Below are positions 15,326 through 28,564 of a DNA stretch of 64,000 nt, in pieces. Position numbers and translations under genes: made by a program. The notes beneath the pieces are model-generated. The model searched no databases. It was not told the DNA's origin and saw only the letters and a program-made list of their open reading frames with translations. The stretch covers positions 10,480,001 through 10,544,000 of the forward strand of contig NC_087438.1 of NCBI RefSeq assembly GCF_036321535.1. Direction: 5' to 3'. The DNA comes from Camelus dromedarius. Taxonomy: Eukaryota. How positions within the stretch are numbered: position 1 is the stretch's first letter; each line of letters starts with the position of its first letter.

Positions 15326-16331
15326 TTTAAAAACTTGTCTGTATTAGTCAAGATTGTCTAGGTTAGCATTCTCAAAGTGTGGTCTTGGGCTCTTTTCAGT
15401 GGGACTATGAAGTTAAAATCAATTTCAAAATCAATTATTAAAAATACTAAAATGTTATTTGCCTTTATCATTCTCAATCTTTCACGAATGTATTGTGTTT
15501 TCCAGGATGTGATACCACAGCTCTGTGACTGCAGAATCAGACCCAAAAATCTGGCTTCATTCTATTAAGCCAGACATTAAAGAGATTTGCAAAAATTGAA
15601 ATAGTGGTACTCTTCTCACAATTATTTTTGGATTTTTTGGAAAATATAGTTATTTTTCATTAAGATGTTATGATAATAGATAATGGGTTCATTATTTTAA
15701 AGAATTTAGTACATATTTTTTAAAATTCTCAGTTTTAATATCTAAAACAGTAAATATCAATATATAGAACCCACATGAAGAAAAGCTCATTGAGGTCCAG
15801 TTTTTAAATGTAGGCTTTATTATTATTCAGGTCTGGTTAGGTCAACAGATCAGGAGACAACTCTCACTGAAAGGGGACTTTGTTCCCAAGAGCAGGGGGT
15901 CTGCCATGTCACGCAGGGCCACACAAGGAAGCACTAGTTACTCTGCAGGTAGAAGGAGCAAGGGGAAAGCATGGGTAAGAGCCTTATTGTGGTTTTTTGC
16001 AGAAGGGAACAGGCAAGGCAGGGTAAGCAGCCTTAGGATTAGCTAGTTTGAATAATTTCAGCAGGCTCTAGGGTGTAAGGGCTGTCCTAGGGTTTCTTGT
16101 ATCTGGCCCTGGAGTGATTAGGAAAGGGAAATACAGGCATACCTTGGAGATTCTGTGGGTTTGGTTCCAGACTACCGCAACAAAGCAAATGTGGCAATAA
16201 GGCAAGTCACGTGAATTTTTGGTTTCCAGTGCATATAACAGTGATGTTCACACCACACTGTGGTCTACTATGTGTACAACAGCATTATGTCTAAGAAATG
16301 TACATACCTTAATTAAAAAGTAATGCTGCTG

Positions 16332-18647
16332 AAATGAAAGAAGTAATAAATATCAGGGAGGAAATAATAAAATAGAGGTTAAAAACAATAGAAAACATAG
16401 AAGCGATTTATGACAAACCCACAACCAACATAATACTCAATGGTGAAAAGCTGAAAGCCTTCCCACTAAAATCTGGAACAAGACAAAGATTCTCACTCTC
16501 ACCATTTCTGTTCTACATATTATTGGAAGTCCTAGCCATAGCAGACAAGAAAAAGAAATGACAGGGATCCAAATTGGAAGAGAAGAGATAAAATTGTCTC
16601 TATATGAGGCTGACGTGATACTATATACAGAAAACTCTAAAGGCTCCACACAAAAACTACTAGAGCTGATAAAAGAATTCAGCAAGGTAGCAGGCTATAA
16701 GATGAACATACAGAAATCAGTCGCATTTCTTTACACTAACAATGAAATATCAGAAAAATAAAGTAAAGAGACAATCTCTTTTAAAATCGCATTCAAAAAA
16801 TAAAATATTAGGAATATCTGTGACCAAGGAGGTAAAAGACTTACAACTGGAGAACTACGAAACATTGATTAAGGAAATTAAATACAATTTAAATAAGTGG
16901 AAATATACCCCATGCTCTTGGATTGGAAGAATTAATATTGTTAAAATGGCCATGCTACCCAAAGCAATCTATGGATTTAATGTAATCCCTATCAAATTAT
17001 CCATGAGATTTTTCACAGAACTAGAAAAAATAATCCTAAAATTTATATGGAATCACAAAAGACCCAAAAATTGCTAAAACAATACTGAAGAAAAGGAATG
17101 AAGCTGTAGAAATAACCCTTCTAGACTTCAGACAATATTACAGAGATACAATAATCAAAACAGCGTAGTATTGGCACAAAAAACAGACACATGGTTCAAT
17201 GGAATAGAATAGAGAGCCCAGAAATAAACCCACACACCTACAGTCAATTAATCTTTGAGAAAGGAGGCAAGAATATACAATGGAGAAAAGATAGCCTCTT
17301 CAGCAAGTGATGTTGAGAAAGCAGGACAGCTGCATGTAAATCAATGAAGTTAGAACACTCCCTCACACTATACACAAAAATAAACTCAAAATGGCTTAAA
17401 CTTAAACAGAAGACAAGCCACTATAAACCTCCTAGAAGAAAACATAGGCAAAACATTCTCTGACATAAATCTCAGCAATTTTCTCCTAGGACAGCCTACC
17501 CAGGCAATAGATATAAAAGCAAAAATAAACAAATGGGACTTAATTAAACTTACAAGCTTTTGCACAGCAAAGGAAACTATAAACAAAAAGACAGCCTACA
17601 GAATGGGAGAAAACATTTGCAAATGATGTGACTGACAAGGGCTTAAATTCCAGAATATATAAACTGCTCATACATCTCAGTATCAAAAAAACCCACAAAT
17701 AACTCAATCAAAAAAGGGCAGAAGACCTAAACAGACATACCTCGAATGAAGACATACAGATGGTCAATATGCACATGAAACATTGCTAATTATCAGAGAA
17801 ATGCAAATCAAACTACAATGAGGTATCACCTCACACTGGTCAGAATGGCCATCATAAAAAAGCCCACAAAAGATAAATGCTGGAGAGGGTGTGGAGAAAA
17901 GGGAACCTCCGACACTGTTGGTGGGAATGTAGTTTGGTGTAACCATTATGGAAAACAGCACGGCGATTCCTCAAAAAACTAAAAATAGAGTTAACATATG
18001 ACTTAGCAATCCCGCTCCTGGCCATTATAACTGGAAAAGACAAAAGTTCTAATTTGAAAAGACACTTGCATCCCAATGTTCACAGCAGCACTATTTACAA
18101 TAGCTAAGACATGGAAGCAACCTAAATGTCCACTGACAGGTGACTGAATAAAGAAGTTGTGGATACAATGGAATACTACTCAGCCATAAAAAAGAGTAAA
18201 ATAATGCCATTTGTAGCAATGTGGATCGACCTGGACATTGTCACACTAAGTGAAGTAGGCCAGAAAGAGAAAGATAAATACCATATGATATCACTTATAT
18301 GTGGAATCTAAAAATATATGACACAAATGAACTTACTTACAAAACAGACTCCTAGACATAGAAAACAAACTTATGGTTACCGAGCAAGGGGGTGGCGTGT
18401 GGAGGGATAAAGTGGGACTTCAGGATTTGCAGATACTAACTACTGCATATAAAATAGATAAACAACAAGGACCTATTGTATAGCACAGGGAACTATATTC
18501 AATACTTTGCAATAGTCTATAATGGAAAATAATATGAAAAGGAATATATATATATATATATATATATATGTAAATGAATCACTATGCTGTATGTCAGAAA
18601 TTAACACAACTATATGTCACCAACTATACGTCAACTAAAAAAAAAAT
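16332..18647 (+). mobile_element. 5'-truncated L1 (ORF2 RT-C-terminal remnant, 3' UTR with (TA)n, poly-A), flanked by TSD taatgctgctg
   Basis: ORF fragments [52 protein letters not shown] and [21 protein letters not shown] are L1 ORF2; frameshifted; TSD at 16321-16331 and 18648-18658. Confidence 0.95.
18544..18569. repeat. (AT)n microsatellite inside the L1 3' UTR
   Basis: atatatatat... run. Confidence 0.9.
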
Positions 18648-19160
18648 TAATGCTGCTGGGAAAATGGCACCAACAGACTTACTCAATGCAAGGTTGTCAC
18701 ATGCCTTCAATTTGTAAAAATGCAGTATCTGTGATGTGCAGTAAAATGCTGTATCCCTGTATTGGCCAAAAGTATAAAAGCCCTGTGATTGCCAGATAAA
18801 GTGGGAGGCTGTGGGGAGCGGGGTACAGCTTTGGACTGGTTAGTTTGCACATAAAAGCTGTACTCACAGGGGAGGAGTTTATCTCTAGGAATTAGCTAAT
18901 CCTCAAAGGGGCCATCTCTCCTGGGCCAGCAAGTTCCCAGATGCCAGACAACAAGAATACAGGAAGAAAATATAGCCAATACAGGTCCTTAATAGTTTTT
19001 TAGAGTATAAAGAATGTAGAGACGTTCAGAAACCAAAAAGTCTGAGAATATCTGGGCTGTGCACAATAACAAAGACGCCCCAAATCTCAATGTTTTAACA
19101 CAGAAAAGACCTTTTTTTCATTGTTCAAGTGAAGTTTTCATACTTCTGAAAGGTGGCATA

Positions 19161-19317
19161 CAGTCATCCCTCAGGATCTCTCAGGGATTGGTACCAGGGA
19201 CCCCCAAGGATATCAAACCCTATGGATGCTAAAGTCACTTATATAACATGGTGTGGTACAGTCAGTCAGCTCTCTGTATCTGAGGATGTGGAAACTGCAG
19301 ATGTAAAGGGCCTACTA
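19161..19317. mobile_element. Short Tigger-family MITE (MER2/Tigger3-like)
   Basis: ta|cagtcatccctcaggatc..ggattggtaccagggaccccc..ggatgctaaagtcacttatata..gaaactgcagatgtaaagggcctacta|ta. Confidence 0.6.
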
Positions 19318-20084
19318 TACAAAGAATATCAGAAAAAATTTTTTTAAAAGGCCATAATGTCAGAACAAAAGAAAATCATTTAAACTTAATTACTTTAGCT
19401 TAATGAGAAACTCCCTATATCATTCTTATTTTTCTCTTTTTTTTTCATGAGTTAGTGAAATTTCATCACTACTCAGGAAGAGTTCAGGGACTGGTGCTTG
19501 GAAATTTCTGACACCTAGGACAGTTATGGACAGAAATGATGTGGAGGGGAGGAAAAACCTTACCTGTTTATATGCTGAAAGGACCCAGCAGAGATGGGGA
19601 AGTTTGAAGATATGGGAAAAAGAGACACTTGATAGAAATCCTGGTGGAGATGAAAGGGGAGGGAGGGAATGGTCTGAAATAATAGGACAGATGGACACAT
19701 CTCCTCCTCAAAAACTGGTTGGAAGGGAGGAGGAGAGGGTGCCTTTGATGGTAAGTTAGTTGAGGGGAGGAGAGAAGCTGAGAGTCCACCCCTAATGGCA
19801 CTGGTTTTCTCTGTGAATCATGGACAATTTCATTGCTGAAGGTGAGGAGGGCAGGGAATGAAGAAGGTTTAGGAGTTAGGAGGCCCACTGCAGGGACTGG
19901 GGAAGGGAGAGGACCAAGAAAAAACGACAGGTGAAGGAGCAGAACCGAAGGCCCAGCTGAGTCTGGATCTTAACTAGTAATAACATGAAACATACGGCGG
20001 CCTAACTTTTCCAACTGGGCTTCTTAATCCTGGCATTGAACAGATGGTGTGAGTGTAGGGAACTGATGTTGATTGAAAGCCCCT

Positions 20085-20250
20085 GTAGTGTGATGATTAA
20101 GAGCATGGCCTTTGAAGCCAGCTGGCCTGAGTTAAAACCCTGACTCTGACACTTACTACCCTTTTCAGTAAAAGGGGCCACTAATAGTCTTGTGGTGCCA
20201 TATTAATGCAGGGAATAATGGTTTTGTGGAGGACTAAGTGACTAAATGTA
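20085..20250 (+). mobile_element. MIR SINE fragment
   Basis: tagtgtgatgattaagagcatggcctttgaagccag..cctgagttaaaaccctgactctgacacttacta..gtggaggactaagtga. Confidence 0.65.
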
Positions 20251-20807
20251 TGCCATGGATTCCCTTACCACGCCCCAGCTCTGGGGGTTAAGGGGCCCAC
20301 CTAGGTTCCATGGTTTCACGCCTAGGTGAGTGTTGGACTCTTGAAAAGGGACTGTTGGGCTGCACCCACAAGCCTGCAAGCTCAGTACCTGGCCAGCCTC
20401 AAGAGCAAAGAAAGACCCCCGAGTCAGTGACAGAGACATCAATGGTTTAATGCGCAGGGGGATCTTACCTGTCTGAAGCAAGGCCCTGGAACGACCCCAC
20501 TGCAGGCAAACATGGCGGCAGGCTTCACTACTGGGGCAGGGGGAGTGGACGTCAGGTTGGCTCATCAGTTACCAGGGAAACCAGCAGAGGAGCACGCCCC
20601 TCAGGTCCCTCTGATAGGCTACCAAGGTGATGTTCTCATCTAAAGATTAGAACAATCACTTGTTGGGGCCTGGGGCAAGCATGTCGGTCAGCGTTTACTG
20701 AAGAGGGAAGGTCAATCAGGAGAGGAGGGTGTAGGTGAGGCAGGAACTGGTCCCACAGGGGATGTGCGGGGAGCAAGAGGGCAGCCGCGTAGGGCGGCCT
20801 GACCACA
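20251..20807 (-). mobile_element. Probable ERV solo LTR inserted at the end of the MIR
   Basis: tg...ca termini (tgccatgg..gaccaca); GC-rich block; tttaat (ATTAAA on the - strand) at an LTR-like position; no clear TSD. Confidence 0.5.
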
Positions 20808-22786
20808 AAGGGACATACCCAGCTCCTCTCCCCTTCCTGCCTGTTTCCTTCTAGGGCACATCCTGTTCCGGCTCCTCCCTCGTGGCCATCACAATCCTCT
20901 CTGGTTGCGGTGGCGGAATAGGAGGTGGGTGTACCTGGGTTCTCCTCTGTTCTATTTCCAAACTATATTTTGGCATCATCTCTAAGCCCTACTGTCCTCA
21001 GGCCTTTAGTTTTATATCTCAATTACCTGTTTTAGAAGTAAACTACACGCTACCTCTTATTTGCATTTTACTCTAATAATCCTAGTCTACCCATCCACTT
21101 GCCCGAGAGAGAGGCACCTTGGGATCACAGGGGGAGATCATATATGTAGAGGATGCAAAAGATAAAAGCATAGAAAGAAGTTCCAAAGAAATCTTTTTAC
21201 TTATTACCTCTCTTAATTCTCCTGTAAATAATGTTTCCAGCCCCCTCAAATACCCAATACTGACGCTCGGAGGGATTAATAACGTGCTCAGGGTGACATA
21301 GCTGCCCACTGTCAGAGGAGTCATTCAGTTCCACGCCTGTGCTCCTCCACCTCTGTGCTCTGTGCTGCCTCAAAGGTCTGCACTAGTCTCATGGGGGCCC
21401 TCAGGGATGGAGATAGTGGGGGAACAGGCGGTGAGGGAGTGGTAGGTGTTGACGAGAGAGTAAACAGCATGGGCAAGACGAGAAAGTGGGGCTCTGTGTG
21501 TAGAGAAGTGGGGGCTGATGAACAGGGAGAGAAGGAAGAAGTGAAGGAGCTGGAATCACAATGAAATGGACGAACAGGTGGAAGAGGAGAAAGGAGGGAT
21601 GACTCCTAGTGGGATGAAGCTGATGGTCTTAAGGGGTTCACTTCCAGATGATGACAAGGTCTAGATGCAGCCACAGGACTAAGCTGTTGAAGAGAAGCTG
21701 AACACCACGGGCGTGGAGGACACTAAGACTGCCAGTTTCAGCTGTTTGAGTAGAGGGTTGAAACAAGCAGATCTGATGTCAGAGCCCTTTACGAGTGTTT
21801 TAGAGTGATCTTGCAGTTGACAAAGAGGAGGCAGGGGCCAGGGTAGCAGATGCCCAGAGCTGGTGCAAGGTGGGAGCCTCCCAAGAAGAGGGCTGCAGAG
21901 GCAGAAAGAACCTTGGTTTTTAATTGTAGCACATGGAAATTCTCATACACGACTCTAAATGGTCCTCCCAGCAATCCTATGAGACGCATTCAGGGCAGAA
22001 AATAGAGTTCCTCCAAGAAATCCACCAAAAGTGTTAGCCTTGGGACTTAGAACAAGTCTCCTGACTTGATACACACTGGATGGAGTTTGTCCTGAGAGCC
22101 TTGTTCCTCTGCAGACTATTCACAGTTCCTACTTTTCAAAAGAAAACTTACAGACTCTACAAAGAAAAGGAAGAACATTTCTCAAAGTTCTCTTCACCCT
22201 AGACTCTGCTGTAAATGGTGGGAAAGGCCTGCTGGGCTGTCAGGAACTGGTGCAGACGAGGACCTTACGATGCCATCTAGTGTCCATGATTGGACTTACC
22301 CACAAAGCTTTGGCTAGAAATATTCTGAAAAATAATTTAAGAAGATTGCAAGTAACTGGTTAATTTTGCAAGAGAATAGCTATTAAAACACCTAATGTTT
22401 TTCTCTCCTTGCCAGGAAGATTCCTTAACCCAGCCTCCTGCATACCCCAAAGGCTAGACCAATGCAGTGAATTATTGCATAAAACAGAAATTATGACCCA
22501 GTGAAGTCCAAGGCTATCTTAAAATGAACAGTTTCTTTAAGGTCTTGGGTCACCTGGTACAGTGAAAAGATCATGAAGCTTGGTGCCAGCGTTCTGAGGC
22601 ATTCTAAGACATCACTTAGAGAGGGTATATGACCTGCCCAAGGTCACAGAGCCAGTTTTCTCTTTGCTATACTACATTTCCACCACGATACTGATATAAA
22701 GAATATGAATTCACTCCACAGAAATTTACTAATGATCACTGGTACCATCCATCGGGTTATAAACAAGGAGCATAAAGATTTATGAG

Positions 22787-23150
22787 TATTAGGGAATTGA
22801 ATGTTTGTGTCCAACTAAAATTTGTATGTTGAAGTTCTAACCCATAATGTGACATATTTGGAGACAGGGCCTTTGTGGAAGTAAAGTTAAATGAAGTTAT
22901 AAGGGTAGGGTGCTGATCCAGTAGGATTATGTCCTCCTAAGAAAAGGAAGGGAGACCAGAGCTTGCTTTCTCTCAGCAAGTACGCACAGCAAGAAGGCAG
23001 CCATCTGCAGGCCAGGAACAGACTCTCCCCAGAACCTGGGTGTGCTGGTACTCTGATCTCACTTTTAGCTCCAGGACTGTGAGAAAATAAATTTCTGTTG
23101 TTGAAGCCACCCAGGATGTGGTATTTTGTTATGGCCGCCCAGCCCAAGCC
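22787..23150 (+). mobile_element. MLT1A/B-type MaLR solo LTR
   Basis: tgaatgtttgtgtcc..tatgttgaagttctaaccc..tttggagacagggccttt..caggactgtgagaaaataaatttctgttgttgaagccaccc..gtggtattttgttatggc. Confidence 0.85.
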
Positions 23151-23725
23151 CAAGCCAACCAAGCCAATGGATATCTGCTTCCCCCGAAGCTGCTTCCAGC
23201 TTTGTTAGGGAGGTCAGCAGATCAATTACTACCCAACTTGCTGTGACAGATGTATGGACATCTCCTATTTCTAAATGGCTGCTTTAAAAATAATGCTGAT
23301 GGTGGGCAAGACTGGTGGTGACAGTCAGTCTGACATCACAGATGCCAGATAGCTCTAAACTCAAATACGGTTCAGAGACGACCCTTTGCTTAGAGGCATC
23401 TCGCCATTAATAAAACATGGGCTTTCTCACAGAGCCCTGTGTGCCCTCTTTGAGTAGGTGATGGAGCGGGGCTGCAGAGCCAGTGACTGAACGTGGCCTT
23501 GGGTTCTGGTTCAAGGGCAGAACTTCTGGTCCTCAGCTGCCACATCCATAGATGAAGGGGTTTGACTGGCTGGCATCGGAGGCCATCATGTGAGGGTTTG
23601 GCTCACCTTTTCCCGTAGAAGAGTTCTGAAGAACTGTGAAACTGTTCCAACATTTGAAACTTGACATCTAAAATTTTCCATTAGAAATTTAGTTTTAAAG
23701 GATGTCATTTCCACTGTATTATAAA

Positions 23726-24260
23726 TACTGGTATTTGAAAATAAAATCATCACCTGACTCACGTTTCCAGTACCAATAATCACTTCCCTGATGTGGAAAC
23801 TGTTTGCTGATTCATTCTGACTAAGAGCTCCTGCAACTTGCTTTTTCTCCTTTACTGCTTCTGTGCTAAACAACCCCCAAACTTTTCCATTATGCTCTCC
23901 CCTCCCTATACATTCTTTACTGAGAATAGTTTAAACCCAGAGTCTATGCTCCAGGAAGGAGGTAATAGGCCAGTAATCTCAGAAGAATGGACAGACCCTC
24001 CCAGGGCCCCAGATTTATTGAGGTTAAGAGGAATGTAGCACCCTGTAAAACGTCCTGATTGTTATCACCTTTTCTGTTCCATCTAGTTTTTCTATAAAAC
24101 CTCAAGACCCCACCCCCAAGATGGATTCGAAGTCTCTAAGGCACAAGCCTGCTGTGACTCCCCTTTGCCAGGCAAAGCAATAAAGAGGTTCTTTTTGAAT
24201 TCTCCCAAAACTCTGCCTCAATCCAGCTTTCAGGGTACAGAGGCTGGTTTTGTGGCAACA
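23726..24260 (+). mobile_element. Probable ERV1-type solo LTR (possible 4-bp TSD taaa) within an AT-rich DNA-transposon-like remnant
   Basis: TATA (ctataaaa ~24092), AATAAA (24179-24184), U5-like end ..acagaggctggttttgtggcaaca; taaa at 23722-23725 and 24261-24264; 5' boundary uncertain. Confidence 0.55.
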
Positions 24261-25240
24261 TAAATAACATATCAGAAATTCACATCATTCATAAAAAAGA
24301 CTAATTTTACAACATTTCTTTTTCTCACTGAAATCTTACTTTTCTACTCCATTCTCTATTCCCAGAATTTTATATAATGTAGTATATTTTGTTTGAAAGT
24401 CTTTTATTACTTAAAATTACCTGGAAGTTTTATTATTATAATTATCAGTAGTAAAAATTTAAAACAATATATTACGAATTTTGATAATAATTACACATAC
24501 TCAGTAAAATTTTATTGGGTGCATCTCTTTCAAAATCCATTGGTGAATGTTATTTATTGTTAGAAAGAGATAGGATTTAATCTGAATTCAATTTCTAATT
24601 TTAGGTTCTACAGAAATAAGCACTGAGAAATATTGTTCTCATAAATAGATGAAAACAGTTTTGTTATGACAGTTCTTTCAACTTCTGAATTGCATGCCCA
24701 AAGCATCATAGTAATCTCTCATTTAGTTATTTTAAGTCATCAGCTAAAAACTTTAGGTTTTCTGTCAAGTTTGTTGAAAGCAAAGAATTAGAAACCCCCT
24801 GAATTACAAAAGGATTGATTATCCAGTAATTAGTCAATCACCTCCCATTTCTGGGCCTGCCAAAGAACAGTCATCTCACCTGTACACACTAATTCTAAGA
24901 AAGAGTACTAAGTAAGGCAGAGAGCCTTGCCCCGAGCGTGTCACCTGGACGACATAAAATGTCATCACTATTGCTTACCTGTACTCTGCCTGATTCTTCC
25001 AGCACTCTCCCTCAGGAGCAGTGCTTTCTTCCAGTGAAATTACTGTCACTCTCATATCCCTACTTCACATTATATCTGAATGAACATATTGACCAAACTA
25101 CTCCACTAAAATACCAAAATACCCACTCTTAACAGAAGGAGGGGCAAGACACGAAGCCTGAATACAAAATTTTGGTGCCTTATATTGGAGACTTCTCCAA
25201 AAGCAATATTTAAATTGTCCTTTGTTTTGATGCTCTAGAA

Positions 25241-25551
25241 TAGCACTATCCAATAGAAATATAATGTGAGTAATGTATGTAATTAAAAATTTTCTAGTAC
25301 CTTGTTTAAAAAGCAAAAAGAAACAGGTGAAATTAATATTATGTATAATGCAATTATTTCCAAAATATTATCATTTCAACATTTAATCAATATAAAACAT
25401 AAAAAATAAGGTATTTTACATTTTTGGGGTATTACTCCTTGAAATCCTGTAGTATTTTACACAAATAGCAGATCTTAATTTTGACCAGCTACATTTCAGG
25501 TGCTTAATATACACATGTGACTAGTGGTTATTATAGTATTTGACAACACAG
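25241..25551. mobile_element. MER33 (hAT-Charlie MITE)
   Basis: agcactatccaatagaaatataatgtgag..aaaaagaaacaggtgaaattaat..ccaaaatattatcatttcaacat..gctacatttcaggtgcttaata..cacatgtgactagtgg. Confidence 0.8.
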
Positions 25552-26323
25552 CCCTCGAGGGACGCACTGTAGTAAGATTTGGGAAGGATGAGAGAGCAGT
25601 GTTTTGTTTTTGGTAAAGAAGGAATATGGTGAACACAAAGTAAGTGGGCAGAGAGGAAAACAAGTCTATCCATGTCCTTATCTGGCTATGAAAGTTATCT
25701 TTTTACCCCAAGGCCTCTGCTGCACAGCTGTATGAGGTGGCCCTGGTGTACCTCAAGAGATAGAGGTACCTGCTTAAAAGGACCACTATTTTAAGGTGGA
25801 TTTGAGCTGCTGTGGTCTTTGGGAAATAATGCAATGATAATTGAAATGAAATTATGCAGCCTTATTTTCTGAAGAAGACCTAGTTAATCATTCACTAAAA
25901 TTCTGGACGAAGTGCAAAGAAAAAAGTTACGAGGTACAAAGATTAGCAAAAGATCCAGAAAGCCCTTGTTACTTTGTCAGCAATCTCCTGGTATGATTTC
26001 TCAAGGTATGGTTGACTCATCGTAAGTAGAGAGCTTTTGGTAATCGTAGGGTGATGTTTTCCCCTCTGACTGTGATGGAGATAAGAAGGGGTTACATGAA
26101 AATTACCAACCTCACATCAGATTACTGTAGGTGAAGGTCTCCCATGTTATGATACAGAAATGAAGAATCTCTTCCTTACCTTTATTTTCTTAGGAAACGT
26201 CTACAATTTGTCCCTCTAGCTCTTTCTGAATTCCAGTGTACAGTATGAAAGATGGGCGTCCTTTCCAAAGGAGCTCAGATGCTTGTCCTAAAAGGTAAGT
26301 ATAAAGAAGTAACTCTATGATAC

Positions 26324-27074
26324 TGTCTTAATTGGCTTGGGCTGCCGTGACAAAACACCATAGACTGGGAGGCTTAAACTACAGAAGTTTATTTTCTCAC
26401 AGTTCCGGAGGCTAGGAAATCCAAGATCAAGGTGCTGGCTGGTTTGGTTTCTGGTGACAGCTTTCTTTCTGGTTTGCAGATGGCTGTCTTGTGTCCTCCA
26501 CGGTAGACAGAGAAGTCTGCTGTCTCTTCCTCTTCTTATAAAAGCACCAATCCTGTCAGACTGGGGCCCCACCCTGATGACCTCATTTAACCTCTATCAC
26601 CTTCTCACAGGCCCTATCTCCAAATTTCTTAGTCAGGTCAAGCTGCTATAACAAACTATCATATACTCGATGGCTTAAATAATTTTATTTCTTACAATTC
26701 TGGAGTCTGGAAGTCCAAGATGAGGGTGCCAGTATGACTGAGTTCTAATGAAAAATCTTTTCTGGTTTTTATATTGCTGACTTCTCCTTATTTCCTCACT
26801 TGGCAGAGAGTAGCAGAGAGGAAGAGTAAACTGTCCTTTGACTCTTGTAAGGGCATTAATTTCATTCATGGTTTCTCCACCCTACTGACCTCATTTGGCC
26901 CTAATTACCTCCAATGGCCCCCCACCTCCTAACACTATCCCATTGGAGGACAGGGTTTCAACACATGAATTTTGGGAGGACACATTCAGTTCATATGACC
27001 AAATATAGTCATATTGAGGATTAGGGCTTCAACTTATGAATTTGCAGTGGGGGGATATGATTCAGTCCACAGCA
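26324..27074 (-). mobile_element. MLT1 (A0/B-like) solo LTR, split by a second MLT1 LTR
   Basis: tgtcttaattggcttgggctgccgtgacaaaacaccatagactgg..ccctatctccaaa / ..tatagtcatattgaggattagggcttcaacttatgaattt..ttcagtccacagca. Confidence 0.85.
26625..26998 (-). mobile_element. MLT1A-like solo LTR nested in the previous LTR; 5-bp TSD CCAAA
   Basis: Full second LTR (ttcttagtc..gctgctataacaaa..ctggaagtccaagat..tttcaacacatgaattttgggaggacacattcag); CCAAA at 26620-26624 and 26999-27003. Confidence 0.85.
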
Positions 27075-28564
27075 GATACTAAGGTACTAAGGGTATGGAG
27101 CTCCACTTTAGAAGCTCTTCAAATAAGTTAAGATTATCAGCTGCCTGTGTTATTTGTTTAGGATGAAATTACACTTAGCTGGAAGCAAAAGACTGGTTTA
27201 ATGTTTTCCAGAATTCCAAGTCTTTTTATATTATTCTCTGTTATTTCCTTATGTATGAAATGGTTTCAATTTCATGATTAAATTTCATCATGGCCTATAC
27301 TTCTCCCAAAAAAACCTCTTGGGGACAATTTTGGGGGTTTCTAGGTAAACTATTACTACTGCAAGATATTTTTTAATAAACTATTTCCCCCAGTTTTCCC
27401 TGTAAAGTTATTTCTTCTAGTCTCAGAACTGCAAATACACAGTAGGCTCTCCATCCCCAAATCCTGCGTAAAAATAATGAGCACTCCACAATCAAGAAAC
27501 ATACTGAAAAGGGGGATCTTTCAAATAAATACTCAGGTATTCCTGGAGTAGTTAATTTCTAAGTGAAACTAGATATACTTGCTTCCAAGCCTGGGTACAG
27601 TACATGAACCTGTGAAACTAGAATAAACCAAAAAGTACCTTTGCTGTGACTACTTTAGAAATTGATGTACAGAACATATTTGAAATCTATTTTTTATTGC
27701 TGTGACATTGGGAAATTCCAAATAGTGAAAATACAGAATGTTTTGACTTTGCTATAAAATATTAGTTTATGGTATTGAAAAGGAAGATGTGCATCCAATT
27801 GGTACTAAGTTCCTATTAGAGAATTAAAAAATCAGCCAATCCAATAAACAAACACTGCAATGCCTCAGCAGTACTCTTAATGAAAAATTACTGTAAATAA
27901 GGGCTGAAGTGTCCAAAGAATAGGGACTCAGAGTCTTTGATGCATTAACTATTCTAGGCAAGGCCACTGAAGAAGCAGTTTGAGATGATTCAAAATGCTA
28001 CCAAGTCTAAGGACTTACAAATTATAATACCATCATTTTACTCTTAGTTATCTCATTTGGGAATGTTTGATTCTAAGGGGAAGCTGGAAACTGGAATTGT
28101 CTCTAGCAATGTTATTACACAGGCTTTTACTTAAGCTTAGTTTTGTGTTATTATTTATTCATCCTGACATAAAAATAGGCTAATTGTAATTATATCATAG
28201 TTCATTGGCTTACTTCTCACGACTTCCTCTAAGAAATTCAGATTTAGTCTTTGACTTATTCAGTTTAACACACCTGCTTTCTAATAATTTAGTTCAGTAA
28301 TATCAGTAAAAAAATTGTGGGCATTTCCAATATGCACTTACACATTAAAAATATACACATGTACCTCTGTGTTTATTTACTATAAAACATACACACAACA
28401 CACTTTTTTAAAGATTAGATAAAGATGAAATACTTAACATTTAAATTATAATTTTTCTATTGAAGTACAAAATAAGAACAATATGACTAGACATTCTTCT
28501 TTATGTTGGAAAGTCTTGGTTTATCACTTTGTGACGTGGTATTTGAGTTTGATTTTTTTCTAAT

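Larger units (their letters stand above)
16134..18759. mobile_element. Tigger1-derived non-autonomous element (TcMar), split into 16134-16331 and 18648-18759 by an L1; TA TSDs
   Basis: ta|caggcataccttggagatt..ggttccagactaccgcaacaaagc at the left end; ..tgtaaaaatgcagtatctg..gtatccctg|ta at the right end. Confidence 0.85.
15799..18983 (-). mobile_element. ERVL solo LTR (MER54/MER74-like), split into 15799-16133 and 18760-18983; 5-bp TSD GGTCC
   Basis: Minus strand begins tgtattggc..ggcatctgggaacttgctggcccaggagagatggcccc..gctaattcctagagata..tgcaaactaaccagtcc; GGTCC at 15794-15798 and 18984-18988. Confidence 0.7.
15362..19055. mobile_element. hAT-Charlie (Charlie1-like) DNA transposon remnant, split into 15362-15798 and 18984-19055 by nested insertions
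   Basis: Starts agcattctcaaagtgtggtc; ...gaacccacatgaagaaaagctcattgaggtcc is continued at 18984 by ggtccttaatagtttttagagt..accaaaaagtctgagaa. Confidence 0.7.
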
